In this document: piece after piece, positions 63,681 through 64,000 of the stretch | Layout of the letters: every line of letters begins with the position of its first letter | Numbering within the stretch: the stretch's first letter is position 1 | Origin: Malacoraja senta | Lineage: Eukaryota | Length of the DNA stretch: 64,000 nt | Direction of reading: 5' to 3' | Assembly (NCBI GenBank): GCA_038087875.1 | Contig: JAXLNO010004671.1 | Location: 558,001-622,000 of the forward strand | The notes under the pieces: model-generated | The model's input: only the letters and a program-made list of their open reading frames with translations | What the model was told of the DNA's origin: nothing | Database searches by the model: none | Translations under genes and position numbers: made by a program

Positions 63681-64000
63681 TTCTGGACCAGTTTTGCAGT
63701 ATCCCGCGGGGTGGTCAGAATAATTGTTGCGACTTATGGCTGAAAACGTTGCTTTCCCAGATTACCTGAGAGTGTTTTCTCTGGGCGCTCGAGGTGTTCC
63801 TTGTTTGAGAGGGAAATCATTGTTTGAATAAAAAGTACACAGACATTTGTCGAGGGAATTATGTTTTGAACCATACCTTGAACCTGGACGTTACGTGGGA
63901 TGAGTTTCAAAAATAAGTCGGTTTATTCACGGCATCAGCAGTATATGCTGGGAAGCACTAGGAGAACCATGACTGCTTCAATAATTCGTAGCGCACACAG

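Noticed and set aside
1-64000. CRISPR arrays, rRNA, tRNA genes or prokaryotic operons
   Set aside because: None seen. The tandem repeats lack unique spacers, and the tRNA-like pieces are SINE heads.

Overview
This is eukaryotic DNA, almost certainly from a cartilaginous fish and probably a skate or ray (inferred from HE1-type SINE heads, the CR1 families and the protein styles). It is two contigs joined by a 200-N gap (8195-8394). Left of the gap is a GC-rich, minisatellite-laden segment with the 3' half of an MHC class I heavy-chain gene on the minus strand: alpha3, TM, two cytoplasmic exons and a 3'UTR exon with AATAAA, all phase-compatible. No leader, alpha1 or alpha2 exon is visible. Right of the gap is the 5' half of an NLR gene, also on the minus strand, which the ORF track shows only as fragments. 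Five phase-compatible coding exons (44376-44322, 32396-32239, 26872-26701, 26599-26534, 9061-gap) give a CARD-like death-fold domain, a linker and a NACHT domain with intact Walker A/B. The first coding intron has a GC donor. The NLR introns hold a structurally complete but ORF-disrupted DIRS tyrosine-recombinase retrotransposon with intact ITR/ICR termini. They also hold many CR1 LINEs (a young family repeatedly nested in older LINEs), L1/Tx1 and L2 fragments, and Penelope remnants with hammerhead-like motifs. No rRNA, tRNA gene or CRISPR array is present. TE boundaries are approximate unless a junction is quoted.
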